DNA from: Octopus vulgaris
Lineage: Eukaryota
Length of the DNA: 64,000 nt
Direction: 5' to 3'
Assembly: GCA_951406725.2 (NCBI GenBank)
Contig: OX597833.1
Location: 27,032,001 to 27,096,000, forward strand
Shown piece after piece: positions 13,009-24,149 of the stretch. Position numbers and translations under genes: made by a program. Below the pieces are notes generated by a model that was not told where the DNA came from, did no database searches, and saw only the letters and a list, made by a program, of their open reading frames with translations. Position 1 is the first letter of the stretch. Each line of letters begins with the position of its first letter.

Positions 13009-13076
<68 letters not shown>

Positions 13077-13102
13077 CCGACGTGCGGCTTTCTTTCAGTA
13101 AG

Positions 13103-13155
13103 ACCTGCTGAAGAAAATTGAGGTGTAATCCAGAATTCGAAATTAGGATACAGGT
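13103..13155 (+). ncRNA. Type I hammerhead ribozyme motif
   Basis: Stem I ACCTG/CAGGT, CTGAAGA (13108-13114), stem II AATT/AATT, GAAA, minimal stem III, triplet ATA. Confidence 0.6.
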
Positions 13156-13871
13156 ATATCTGTTACCTAATTATACAGATATCAACTGAGTTAAAAATAT
13201 TAAATTTTCTCTGCTCCTTTGCCCGATTTCTGTTGGTCTGTTATGATTTTCAGTGAGTTTGGATGCTTGTTTGAGTATTTTAACTTCTTTTCTAGCATTT
13301 GTGCACCCTCTGTTATAATTATTGGATCTATTCCCTCTCAATCACTGGTTTTTTTAATTAATTTTTTTAACTAAACAGTTTGAAACTTCGAATACTGATA
13401 GAATTTTTCATGTAGAAAAACGGTTTACTCTGAACGCCTTTCCCAAAATTGCGTATTTTAGAATTTATTTCGTGTTAAAGTTGTCGTATTTGGATAATTT
13501 CAACCAATGAACGACGTGTATTCAGTTGAAGAAAGCTACTGCTGATTGCTCGAAGAGGAACAACTTCCGGGTCATCTCTACTAAATGTCACCAAAAGACA
13601 CCCTATAGAATAGGTAAAAGGCTTAGAAAAATGAAATAAGGACTGGGGTCGATTTGTTCGACTAAACCCTACAGCTCACTGCCGCAGCATCACCACACTC
13701 TTATGGGTGAAACTAGTAAGAGATAAGAGATAAGGTAGGTTATGTAAAAGGGAGCTAAATGTATTAATACAGTAAGAATTTGAATGAATCAATAATCAGA
13801 CGGAAGTTATTTACTATATAGGAGTGTGTCTCTACTTGTATCTGTAACTCTGTGTGTGTGTCTGTGTGTGT

Positions 13872-13911
<40 letters not shown>

Positions 13912-14237
13912 AATTAGCTGATAGTATTACTCAAATACATATACCTGAGTGAAAGGTATATATTGCTTAATCTTAACCACTAGAGCATGTCACATAGTGA
14001 CTGACAATATATGCATCTCTAAGCATGAGCAGGAGGAGTGGAGTAACATTACAGCCATGTGTTGAAGTGGAGTTCGGTTCTGTGGAATTTGAACGAAATA
14101 TTAGCCTTTTTCTATACTTTCTAGGAGTAAGCAAAAAGGAAATAACAGTTGCCACCCAAGGAGAAAAACCGGGTTACACAGTTATGAGTTGAAGCTTGTT
14201 TTGCATTAGTAAAATGGTGCGTGCTTGACATTGGTCA

Positions 14238-15233
14238 AGCAGCTCTGGATACCGTTTTTGTAGAAGACCCCAGCTTGATCCTCCAACCACGACGTGACTT
14301 CAGAAATCAAGACTGTATCATCTGGGAAACGCTTTCCTTTCAAAACAACTTCATGGGTGGGAAGAGGTGAAAATCAGAGGGTGCAAGATCAGGAGAGTAG
14401 GGGAATGGGGGAGAAGTTCATAGCCGCACGCCTGTGCTTTTGATCTGGCGACACGCGAGTTGTGGACCGGAGCGTTGTCCTGCAGGAGGAGGATGCCTTT
14501 GCTGATCTTGCCCCGCCTCTTGATTTTGATAGCTTCTCTTAATTTCCTCAAAAGTGAAGCATAATAGGCTCCTGTAATTGTGGTACCCTTTGCCAGAAAA
14601 TCTGTCATCACTACTCCGTCCTGGTCCCAGAAGACTGTGAGCGTGACCTTGCCAGCGGAGGGCTGCACCCTTGCCTTCTTTGGAGGAGGTGAGTCACGGT
14701 GCTTCCACTGCATTGACTGGGCTTTGGTCTCTGGATCATAGTGATGGACCCAGGTTTCATCCTGTGTAATCAGTCTTTTGAAATATTTTGACTCATCTTC
14801 TTGGCAAATCTCCAAATTTATCCTCGAGCATTCAACACGTCCTTGCTTCTGGAAAGGTGTGAGCAACCTGGGAATCCATCTGGCAGACATATTTTGCATA
14901 CGCAAATGGTCATGAATGATAGTTTCCACAGACCCGGTACTAATCTTGACTTCATGGGCTATTTGGCGAATAGTTATGCGTCGATCTTCCAAAATGGCAG
15001 CCTCAACTTGACGGACAGATGCCTCATCAATGGCAGAAGGGGGGCGACCAGATCTGGGAGCTGTTTCCACAGAGTTCCGACCAAGTTTGAATTCACGATG
15101 CCAGCGTTTTACAAGGTCATATGATGGGGCATCATCACCATAAGTTACTTTCATTTCATCAAAAAGTTTCCCGTGGTGTGCGTCCTTTCAAATACAAAAA
15201 CCAGATCACTGCTCGACACTCAACAGGCTCCAT
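14238..15233 (-). pseudogene. mariner transposase, frameshifted
   Basis: ATG at 15233 (MEPVECRAVI); frameshifts near 15162, 14400 and 14345; motifs WIPRLL, ITQDETW, LLQDNAPVH, YSPDLAPSD, with 34 residues between the 2nd and 3rd Asp. Confidence 0.92.
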
Positions 15234-15389
15234 TTCACACCTGACTCAGTTCAAACACCACAGTTAGTTCAGAGCTGTAATTTCCCACTTAATCTATAGA
15301 GATATAAATAATTGCACATGCAAAAATTCAGCTAGATCAGACAACTGCAATTGGGTCAGGGGCATTACTTATTGAACGCCCCTCGTATA
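14238..15389 (-). mobile_element. mariner DNA transposon (DD34D, irritans/Hsmar2-like), 3'-truncated
   Basis: 5' TIR TA-CGAGGGGCGTTCAATAAGTAATGCC at about 15361-15388; no 3' TIR; sequence breaks off after FYKNGIQSC. Confidence 0.92.
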
Positions 15390-16167
15390 GTTAAGTTAAT
15401 TTTTTGGCTCGAAAAGCAAAAAGCAAGGCCATGTAGAGGGACATGGAGTTATGTACAGGGAGGGTGTTCATGCAAAGAGTTCAGGCCATTTCTGGTCAAG
15501 AGAGACTTTGAACCGAGCACATATAGATTGTGTATGTATGTATATGTATTTACCTGCATACCTGCATATATGCGCATATGTATGAAGGTATGTAAGTTTG
15601 ATGCTAAGATGATACGCAAATAAATATGCTTATTTATTTATCTGGTTGGTCAAAAATCAATTACGTTTCACAATCTCTTTCTCCGCTTCTAGTTTATTTA
15701 TTTCTAAACATTGTTATTTGATAAGTTGATATGAAAATTTTAATTTCCCGCACTCCATTATACTCGCAATATTATTTACGAGCTTTTTGTAAACCTATTT
15801 CCAATATATATAAAGTGTGCGTATATCATATAAATATATATATATATTCGAAATATTAACCAATGATGATAGTACAGATATGATCCTGAAATTATAATTG
15901 GATTCAGAAAGCTGCCTAATATCCATGGTGTTTTTCAATTCGTATTTTATTTTCTTTGCGTTGTTTTGTTTTAAATCATTATATTTACCGTTTATTTCCG
16001 TTTTTTATCCTTAACAACGTCACGGTTGAAGCTCATGTTTCTTCCTCTATAAAACGCTGTTTGAATATATATTTGCCTTTGATATCTAAGCCTGAAAATT
16101 TGTAATATTGCAAATGATTGAAAAGTCATTCAGACAAAATATAATCTATCTCCATCAGTTAGCTATA

Positions 16168-16250
<83 letters not shown>

Positions 16251-16399
16251 AATGTATACTTCTGCTTACAAATGTATATGCGTATATACTGTATATATAG
16301 TTGCATATATAACTGCGCATGTACACATATATTCGTATACGCATATACATATACACACATACATCGATATCATGTTGATTCGCTAGCTTCTGCACGCAA

Positions 16400-16580
16400 A
16401 TTTATTTTCTCTCCTTCTTTCTGTGTTTTTTCTCTGTGTATCCTTCTGTTGAAGAGCGCAGGCTCGAAACGTTAAAGACTTGTTTTATTTATATTTCCTG
16501 AGCGCCATACTAATACAATTGTTTGTTTGTATTCCACCTGCCTTCGTCTTTTGTTTATTTTCATAAAGCTTCCCGTTATA
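16400..16580 (+). mobile_element. Penelope-like terminal repeat remnant with degenerate hammerhead, ending at (TA)n
   Basis: CTT-CTGTTGA-AGAGC-GCAG-GCTC-GAAACGTT-AAAG; homologous to 48982-49170 (-). Confidence 0.65.
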
Positions 16581-16623
16581 TATATATATATTTAGAGAGA
16601 GGGAGAGAGAGAGAGATATATAA

Positions 16624-16699
<76 letters not shown>

Positions 16700-16702
<3 letters not shown>

Positions 16703-16822
16703 CCAAATGTATTCACACTGACTTGGTCGACCTGAGGTTATTGTAGAAGAGACATGCCGAACGTAAACCGGCAGCATGTATTTTGGGAAGCAAATTTCTT
16801 ACCACACAGCCCCGCCTGCGCC
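16700..16822 (-). mobile_element. SINE family A, 5' half
   Basis: Reverse complement of GGCGCAGGCGGGGCTGTGTGGTAAGAAATTTGCTTCCC... Confidence 0.7.
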
Positions 16823-16933
16823 GGAAACAAAACTATATAAATTTGTGGGGAGGTATAGATGTGTGTGTGGGGCGTGTGCATGTGCATGTGTAGGTATGTA
16901 TGTTTGTATGTTTATATGTATGTACGTATGCCC

Positions 16934-16966
<33 letters not shown>

Positions 16967-16967
16967 G

Positions 16968-17330
16968 TTAATCCGAACATGAACAAAAAAAAAAACACAA
17001 CAACGCGGGGACGTGGAATAAGTATAGTGTTATTGGACGCTCAGGAAAGAAAAGAAAGAAGGAGGATTTAACGTTTCGAGCGTAGCTCTTGGTCAGAAAT
17101 ATAGAAAACAGGAAAAGTCCAAGGAAGGGAAGACGGAGAAAGAAAATCGCCAACGACATACACGCGGTCACATATCGAAATGACCGGAAGGGAATGGGTG
17201 AAGAAAAAGTTATTTCAAACACAGGAGAGTGCAAGAGAAGGAGGTATGTGTGGGTATGTGCACGCGGTAGTGTGTGTGTATGTGTAATGATAGCACGTGT
17301 GTGTGTGTATGTGTAATGATAGCACGTGTG
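16968..17330 (-). mobile_element. Penelope-like terminal remnant with degenerate hammerhead
   Basis: Minus strand TTT-CTGACCA-AGAGC-TAC-GCTC-GAAACGTT-AAA (about 17066-17100); 3' end abuts (TA)n. Confidence 0.6.
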
Positions 17331-17431
17331 TGTGTGTGTGTGGTTGTGGCTGTCTATCTATGTGTGTGATTGGGCTTAGTATCGTTTAAGGTCATAGGAA
17401 GAATTTACAGTAAGAATGTTGCTAGGAGTGG

Positions 17432-17468
<37 letters not shown>

Positions 17469-17615
17469 TATTTATATATTAGCACGATTATGTGGTAAGA
17501 ATCTTGCTTCCCAAACACATGGTTCCCGGCAAGTGTCTTCGATTAAAGCCGTGTAAGAAGATTTGGTAGAGGGAAACTGAAAAGTACCAGACCCAAGTGT
17601 TTGAGAAGCAAGCTT

Positions 17616-19629
17616 CTTTATTTCATTAAATTTGCCACAAGGGCAACACACAGAGAGAAGCTTGAGGGCTAGACAGAGACATTAATGGGATGAATGATGA
17701 TGATATATGGATGATAAGGATGGGAGAAGAAGAAAAGCGCCCGCCGACTTTCGCTTCTGTAAAACATTGTTCTTTTTTTCTCTTTCTTTTAAAAACACAA
17801 TGAGGCAATAAACCTCTTACACAGTTCAAAATGAAAAATAAAACACAAACACGAGGTAATAATCCTCTCATTTTTTACATTTTTAATCTCTTTTTGAGGT
17901 AATATACCTCTTCAATTTTTCCGCCTGGCCAGGCTCCTCGCTTCATCGAAGCACCTGGTCCGTTCCGAACTTAAAGGTTTCAACATAAATCTGAAGGAGT
18001 TCGATATTTTCCATAGATAGTTCTCCCATATGACCTCTGCAGCCACCTGCGAAGGCCACTCAAGATCCTCCGTGTAGGACAGAAGCCCCTCCCACCGGCA
18101 CTTCCTTTTCAATTTTTTTGATTTCATTTTGCAAGGTTCCTCCCTTGTGGAAGAGGACCAAAAATTCCTCCTCCAGCAGCACACCTGCCAAAGGAGAATC
18201 GGGACACGCTGACAGCGTGTCACAACCTGCCGGCAATGTCCCGTTTTTCTTTTTTCTTTTCTTTTTCCCTTGGGCTGCGGGAGGGTGGGGTTCCCTTGCT
18301 GTGTCCAGTAGGTCCTCCTTTTCTCCCGCAGCTCTCGGGTTCTTCGGTGGGCAACCCACCTTTCGCTTTCGTTTTTTCGAGGAGGTTGAAACCTCCTCGA
18401 CATCCTCCTCCTTCTCTCCCCCCATTGAGGGAGCAGGGAGTAGTTCCTCTGTTAACTGCTCCAGGATCCTATTTTGGTCCTTGGGGCAGTTTTTCTTGAT
18501 GTGGCCGGTCTCCAGGCATAGGTGACACTTGGGGGGGGGGCGTACCTCGAGCATCACCAGATACCTAGATCCGGCCATCCTCAAAAAATCTGGGAAAACC
18601 AGACTTTCGGCTGATTGGGTCCATAGGGTCAACACAGCTTTTGACCCCTCCCAATCAGCCGCAGGCAAAATTTTTACATTGAGCAGCTTGGTACTGCTAC
18701 CACCCAGACCCCGGCGGATAGAGTCCTCTATCGACTCGCGCTCAACTCCGGTTGGCAAACCGCAGATCCAAGCTTTCAATAATTTCTTTCCACAGTAGCT
18801 TGGAAGAAACATTTCCTTCCCCTCGAAGGGCCGGTTTGCAAAATCGCAAGCTTCTTTGGGGTAGTCAAATAACAACCAGACCGTTGCAAATTTGACTCCT
18901 CGTGAAATAAGCTTAATAGCTGGCATGTATTCTGCCAGCTCTTTCAAAATTGTGGCTTTCGGGAAGACGGTTATGGTATCGAGCAATTTTGAATAACTCC
19001 TCAACACCACCGTCTTCCTTTCGAGCTCTTTTAGCCATGATTTCGGAGGTGTTAATTCCCACACTAATATTTCCTTTGCCATTTTTTTAAAAAATAAAAT
19101 GTTCAAATGTAGTTCGTCAATAAGTTTTCAAATAAAGAAAGATACACAAAAAAAGAAAGAAGACACAACAGAAGAGAAGAAAAAATAAAAACAACAGTTC
19201 AAATAAAGTTCTTTTTTTTTTTAAATAAATGATAGCTGTGAAAAGAGAGTTCAAATCCAGGCAAAGAAATACATTTTCGGCCGAAAGGTACTCCTGGCCA
19301 ATTCTTTTAATCCACGTGGGCACAAAAATTTTCAAATATAATTTCTCACAATTATGTGAGACAACACACACTCTCCGCCGCAAGGCAGACAAAAAGCTTC
19401 GAATTCAGTAAGGGCTCCCTGCCTGTTCAAAAAAAACAAAAACCAACAGGCAACAAATCCTACCAGATTCAAAAGGCAAAAAGTCTTACCTTACAGCGTC
19501 TTTCAGTTCAACTTTCGCCAGCTGCATACCAGCGTGACGACTTTTAACAGGTGCGTGAAGAACACTGTTTTTCTTTTTTTTTTCTTTTTAGGACGGAGCT
19601 CAGACCGAGGCATCCTCTCAGTTCAACCG
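17616..19629 (-). mobile_element. ORF1-only (HAL1-like) Tx1/L1-clade non-LTR element with TSD
   Basis: TSD GAAGCAAGCTT at 17605-17615 and 19630-19640; T-rich 5' UTR; single gag-like ORF; T-rich 3' UTR ending CCCTTGTGGCAAATTTAATGAAATAAAG; no EN or RT motifs. Confidence 0.8.
18060..19082 (-). CDS. LINE ORF1/gag-like nucleic-acid-binding protein with CCHC zinc knuckle (about 340 aa)
   Basis: Open frame from ATG 19082 (MAKEILVW); CX2CX4HX4C motif CHLCLETGHIKKNC; basic NLS-like runs KKRKRK and KKKRKKK. Confidence 0.8.
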   Translation of the reverse strand: MAKEILVWELTPPKSWLKELERKTVVLRSYSKLLDTITVFPKATILKELAEYMPAIKLISRGVKFATVWLLFDYPKEACDFANRPFEGKEMFLPSYCGKKLLKAWICGLPTGVERESIEDSIRRGLGGSSTKLLNVKILPAADWEGSKAVLTLWTQSAESLVFPDFLRMAGSRYLVMLEVRPPPKCHLCLETGHIKKNCPKDQNRILEQLTEELLPAPSMGGEKEEDVEEVSTSSKKRKRKVGCPPKNPRAAGEKEDLLDTAREPHPPAAQGKKKRKKKNGTLPAGCDTLSACPDSPLAGVLLEEEFLVLFHKGGTLQNEIKKIEKEVPVGGASVLHGGS

Positions 19630-19974
19630 GAAGCAAGCTTTTAACAACACAACCACGCCTATATAGAAGTATCATCCTGTCAACACCTCAAATGTGAATT
19701 GTCCCCTGAAGACAGAGGCGGTGTTATTCGATGATGGAATCAAGTAACAACCATTATTCAGGCTCCCAGAAACAGCTGTTGGATTCGTAATACTAAACAC
19801 CTTTAATTCCTGATCTCATTTATATTCTATGTAAGTCGGACTATTTTATATGCATACATATGTACATTTTTTGTATTAAATGCATTTAATATTCAGTGTG
19901 CATTGACTTGGCTAAAATACATATCCTTACAAACCTGCTCAAGTTCAAATCTCTTGAAGACTACTCCATAGAGA

Positions 19975-20222
19975 GATGCCTGTCTCTAATATGCATGTGT
20001 GTGTGTGTCTTCGTGTCTGTGTTGTCCCCCACTATCGTTTGACAACCGATTTTGTGTTTACGCCCCCGTAACATATTGCTTCGGCAAAAGAGAACGATAG
20101 AATAAGTACTAGGCTTACAAAGAATAAATCCTGAGATCGATTTGTTCAACTAAAACCCTTTAAGGCGATGCTGCAGCATAGTTGCAGTCAAATGACTGAA
20201 ACAATTAAAAGAATAAAAGAAT
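19975..20222 (+). mobile_element. SINE family A, 3' half
   Basis: GTCCCCCACTATCGTTTGACAACCGAT...CAGTCAAATGACTGAAACAATTAAAAGAATAAAAGAAT. Confidence 0.85.
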
Positions 20223-20287
20223 ATATTTATATATATATTCTCTTTTATTCTTTATTCTTTTATTCTATATATATATATATATATATA

Positions 20288-20688
20288 GGCGCAGGAGTGG
20301 CTGTGTGGTACCACATGGTTCCGGGTTCAGTCCCACTGCGTGGCATCTTGGACAAGTGTCTTCTACTATAGCGTCGGGCCGACCAAAGCCTTGTGAGTGG
20401 ATTTGGTAGACGGAAACTGAAAAGAAGCCCGTCGTATATATGTATATATGTATATATGCGTGTGTGTGTTTGTGTGTCTGTGTTTGTCCCCCTAGCATTG
20501 CTTGACAACCGATGCTGGTATGTTTATGTCACCGTTACTTAGCGGTTCGGCAAAAGAGACCGATAGAATAAGTACTGGGCTTACAAAAAGAATAAGTCCC
20601 GGGGTCGAGTTGCTCGATTAAAGGCGGTGCTCCAGCATGGCCGCAGTCAAATGACTGAAACAAGTAAAAGAGTAAAAGAGTAAAAGAG

Positions 20689-20689
<1 letters not shown>
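20288..20689 (+). mobile_element. SINE family A, near full length
   Basis: GGCGCAGGAGTGGCTGTGTGGTA head; tail AAGGCGGTGCTCCAGCATGGCCGCAGTCAAATGACTGAAAC(AAGAGTAA)n. Confidence 0.93.
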
Positions 20690-20710
<21 letters not shown>

Positions 20711-20723
<13 letters not shown>

Positions 20724-20878
20724 TTCGAGACAAAACCACTATTTTGCAAAACAAACAAGGAAAGACTTAATCAATACATAAAAATTTTTAATATAAATTA
20801 AAAATTTTTATATATTGATTAAGTCTTTCCTTGTTTGTTTTGCAAAATAGTGGTTTTGTCTCGAATTAATATTATATA
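20711..20878. repeat. Near-perfect palindrome, 82-bp arms, 4-nt loop
   Basis: Symmetric around 20793-20796 with one mismatch; embedded between (TA)n tracts. Confidence 0.95.
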
Positions 20879-20951
20879 ATATTTTACTATAAAATTGGAT
20901 TTAATCCTAAATCTTTTCCCTGTAAATTTGGATTTATTCCCTAATATTTAT

Positions 20952-21004
<53 letters not shown>

Positions 21005-21027
21005 CATCCATATATATACATATACAT

Positions 21028-21071
<44 letters not shown>

Positions 21072-21072
<1 letters not shown>

Positions 21073-21184
21073 TAAAGTCACTCACCACATCAAAGCGGCT
21101 GTTCCATATGCCTGAGGTCCATGTGCCTGGGGTTAAACTAGTAGAAGCATGGAACAGCTACTTCGATGTTGTGATTGACTTTAC
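21072..21184. repeat. Inverted repeat / MITE-like hairpin (36-bp arms)
   Basis: GTAAAGTCACTCACCACATCAAAGCGGCTGTTCCAT versus ATGGAACAGCTACTTCGATGTTGTGATTGACTTTAC, 5 differences. Confidence 0.85.
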
Positions 21185-21398
21185 TTTTTAATGTAGTTAT
21201 TACTCTGTTCTCTTCTTAAGATTTTACAGCTAGCTATTTTGCGTGTTGCAAATCAGTGACCGATGGTTGCTTTGCTTACAATATAACGTTAGCTGAAGCA
21301 GACGCCGGTCATCACTCTGGCGGACAGGTGCTCGCGACTAAGGTTGAGCCAAAAGGCTCGAAATTGAGTCAGTGTTGCGATTCTGTTACATGCTAGAG

Positions 21399-21520
21399 CA
21401 GCGGTTCTCAAACTGGGGGTCCGTAGTGCCCTAGAAGACCAATAAGCGATTTTAGATGGATCGTGAAGGGACGCTGAAGTATCGTAAAAACGAGTGGCGT
21501 GACACAGCAAATTTAAATTT
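21399..21520 (+). mobile_element. hAT (Charlie-like) left-end fragment
   Basis: GCTAGAG followed by CAGCGGTTCTCAAACTGGGGGTCC, the typical Charlie TIR after a CTAG-type target. Confidence 0.5.
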
Positions 21521-21839
21521 CAAAACTTACAATTTTTCGCATGCTATCATCCTTTTTTGTCATTGACCTTAAAGCACCACCTCTCTCCTACACACTCATT
21601 TGCTAATCACACTCGTTCTATAACAAGTGTGATTTGCTGATGGAAAATATGTGGGTATAACGGTTGATCGTGCATGTGCTGTCGGTATTCTTCGCCCACA
21701 TGATTCACCACTCCACTATTGCAATCCACACATATCAGTCACCGTCGTTATCCTCACCGATAACGTTCTCACATGACCTTGCCATTTGCTCTTTGCCTCT
21801 AAGAACTGCAGTTACTTGCTCCATTAGCACGGAAATGTG

Positions 21840-21840
<1 letters not shown>

Positions 21841-21924
<84 letters not shown>

Positions 21925-21930
21925 TGTATG

Positions 21931-21968
<38 letters not shown>

Positions 21969-21970
21969 TG

Positions 21971-22016
<46 letters not shown>

Positions 22017-22077
22017 CACATATATATGAAACTATATCCATACATGCATGTATAATATACATGTGTACATGTGTACA

Positions 22078-22120
<43 letters not shown>
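21841..22120. repeat. (TA)n/(TATG)n compound microsatellite
   Basis: Direct reading. Confidence 0.95.
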
Positions 22121-22123
<3 letters not shown>

Positions 22124-22487
22124 ATATATGTATATATATGTTTGTGTGTGTGTGTATGTGTGAGTTTTTGTGAGTGTATATGAGTGTATGTGCACGCGCA
22201 TGTGAGCTTGTGTCTTTAATAATGTTCTGTACTTCTTGGCATCAAACTCCGTGCTATTTCCACCACCAACCATCCGTGCTGTCTTTTCCATACAAATTCA
22301 TGTTGAAGCTTAAATACCGATTGTCACAAGGAATTTTCTGGTACAATAATTTGATTGCTGACTGCAAGATTTTATTTCTTATTTCTAGTATCGTCATCGT
22401 CTACTGCAAGGAATTTTCAGTGGCAGCGTTTGTCTGCCATGCGATCATTCCTGCTGCAAGCACTTTAAATTTGTACATTGTCCTCTC

Positions 22488-22554
<67 letters not shown>

Positions 22555-22617
22555 TATTCATATGTATGTATATATATATACACACACACATATATATATA
22601 TTAAAGTGTGTGTTTGC

Positions 22618-22679
<62 letters not shown>

Positions 22680-24149
22680 GTCTGTGTGAGCGCGTGTGTG
22701 CGTATGTGTGAGTATAAAATTTGATATGTATATTTATTCTGTTTCGAGCTTTCTTGATATCTGAAGCTTAATGCACACAGACAGTCACACACACCCTGAA
22801 TGGAGGAGGAGGAGGAGGAGGACGACGACGACAATTTTACTTTAATTCGTTGATATGAAGTGTATATTGGCAGCAATAAACATAATAATAATAATAGTTA
22901 CTTCATTTGCCACAAGGGCGACGGAAAGGAAAAATACAAGAATAATAACACAGCAAGGTCGATCTTAGCCGGAAATGAACTCAGTACGTAATGTAATATC
23001 TGTGATTAAATCCCGCAAGTCACTTAATTGTTTTATCGATTCTACATCTCCGCAATTTCTTAAATGATTTCTTTCTGGCATAAGGCTACAGGTCTTACAA
23101 TTACACAGAATCGATTTATTTCATTGACACTGGTAATATAAAAAGCTGACTTTCAAACTCATGACATGTACATATTGCCTTTTTATTATATATTTCATGA
23201 ATTTTCTGAACACTACGCTCGTTAGTTTCGAATAGACTAATCACTAGTTCACTCCATTTCTTATGGCGAGGGCATCAAGGAAGTGCTTTTGCAACTTCGA
23301 CAGAAAAATAATACTGCAAATTATTTGTTCCATACACCAGTAATACTTTTACAGATATATTATTCCCCGATATGGATATCTTTGGAATATAAAAACATAC
23401 ATACATGCATATGCTCTTATTAGTTTCTTTTTCAAAAAATATCTTCGGATAAATGCACTGAAGTACATTTTCAACATAAGAAAGTAGCTATAATCAACTG
23501 GTGAGATTAATTTGAAACTTGATATGTAAATTACTGCTGTATACATCTTAGCAGTTCAGGAAAGTGGGATCTCCTATTGCAGGTCGCGAAGCTATCAAAA
23601 GAAATTCTAGTAGACTTTTGAATTGGTTCAAGACTTTAACGAAATATCTCTGTTGGTTACAGGAAGCGGATGAAGAGCTAGTAGGATCAAAGATATCCCA
23701 GTTACTAAAATTTCAGAGCGAAGCAATGGCGCTTGCAAACGACGTTCTTTGAGAAAATATATGTTGCTCTTACGTGCACTATTGGCCATAAAATATACAC
23801 AACGAATAAATGTGTGAATAGACCAGTAGATTCTTCCCTCAAGAAAACTGCAATAAGCATAAAGGACAACTGAAACGCTGGCAATAACAGTGTGGCAGGA
23901 CTACTACTGCTATATGGACAATCGCCAGCTGCATGTAAACAAACAGAAATGAAAAATATACATTTCTACTCTAGGCAAAAAGCCCGAAAGTTTTGTGGAG
24001 GGGGCCAGTCGATTAGATCGAATCCAGTACGCAACTGGTACTTAATTTATCGACTCCGAAAGGAGAAGGAGAAGAAGAAGAAGAAGAAGAAGAAGAAGAA
24101 GAAGAAGAAGAAGAAGAAGAAGAAGAAGAAGAAGAAGAAGAAGAAGAAA

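Noticed and set aside
14351-15154. Active or domesticated mariner transposase
   Set aside because: At least three frameshifts and loss of the C-terminus and 3' TIR
17912-18403. 163-aa overlapping ORF as LINE ORF2
   Set aside because: No endonuclease or RT motifs; mostly an alternative frame of ORF1, at most a frameshifted C-terminal remnant
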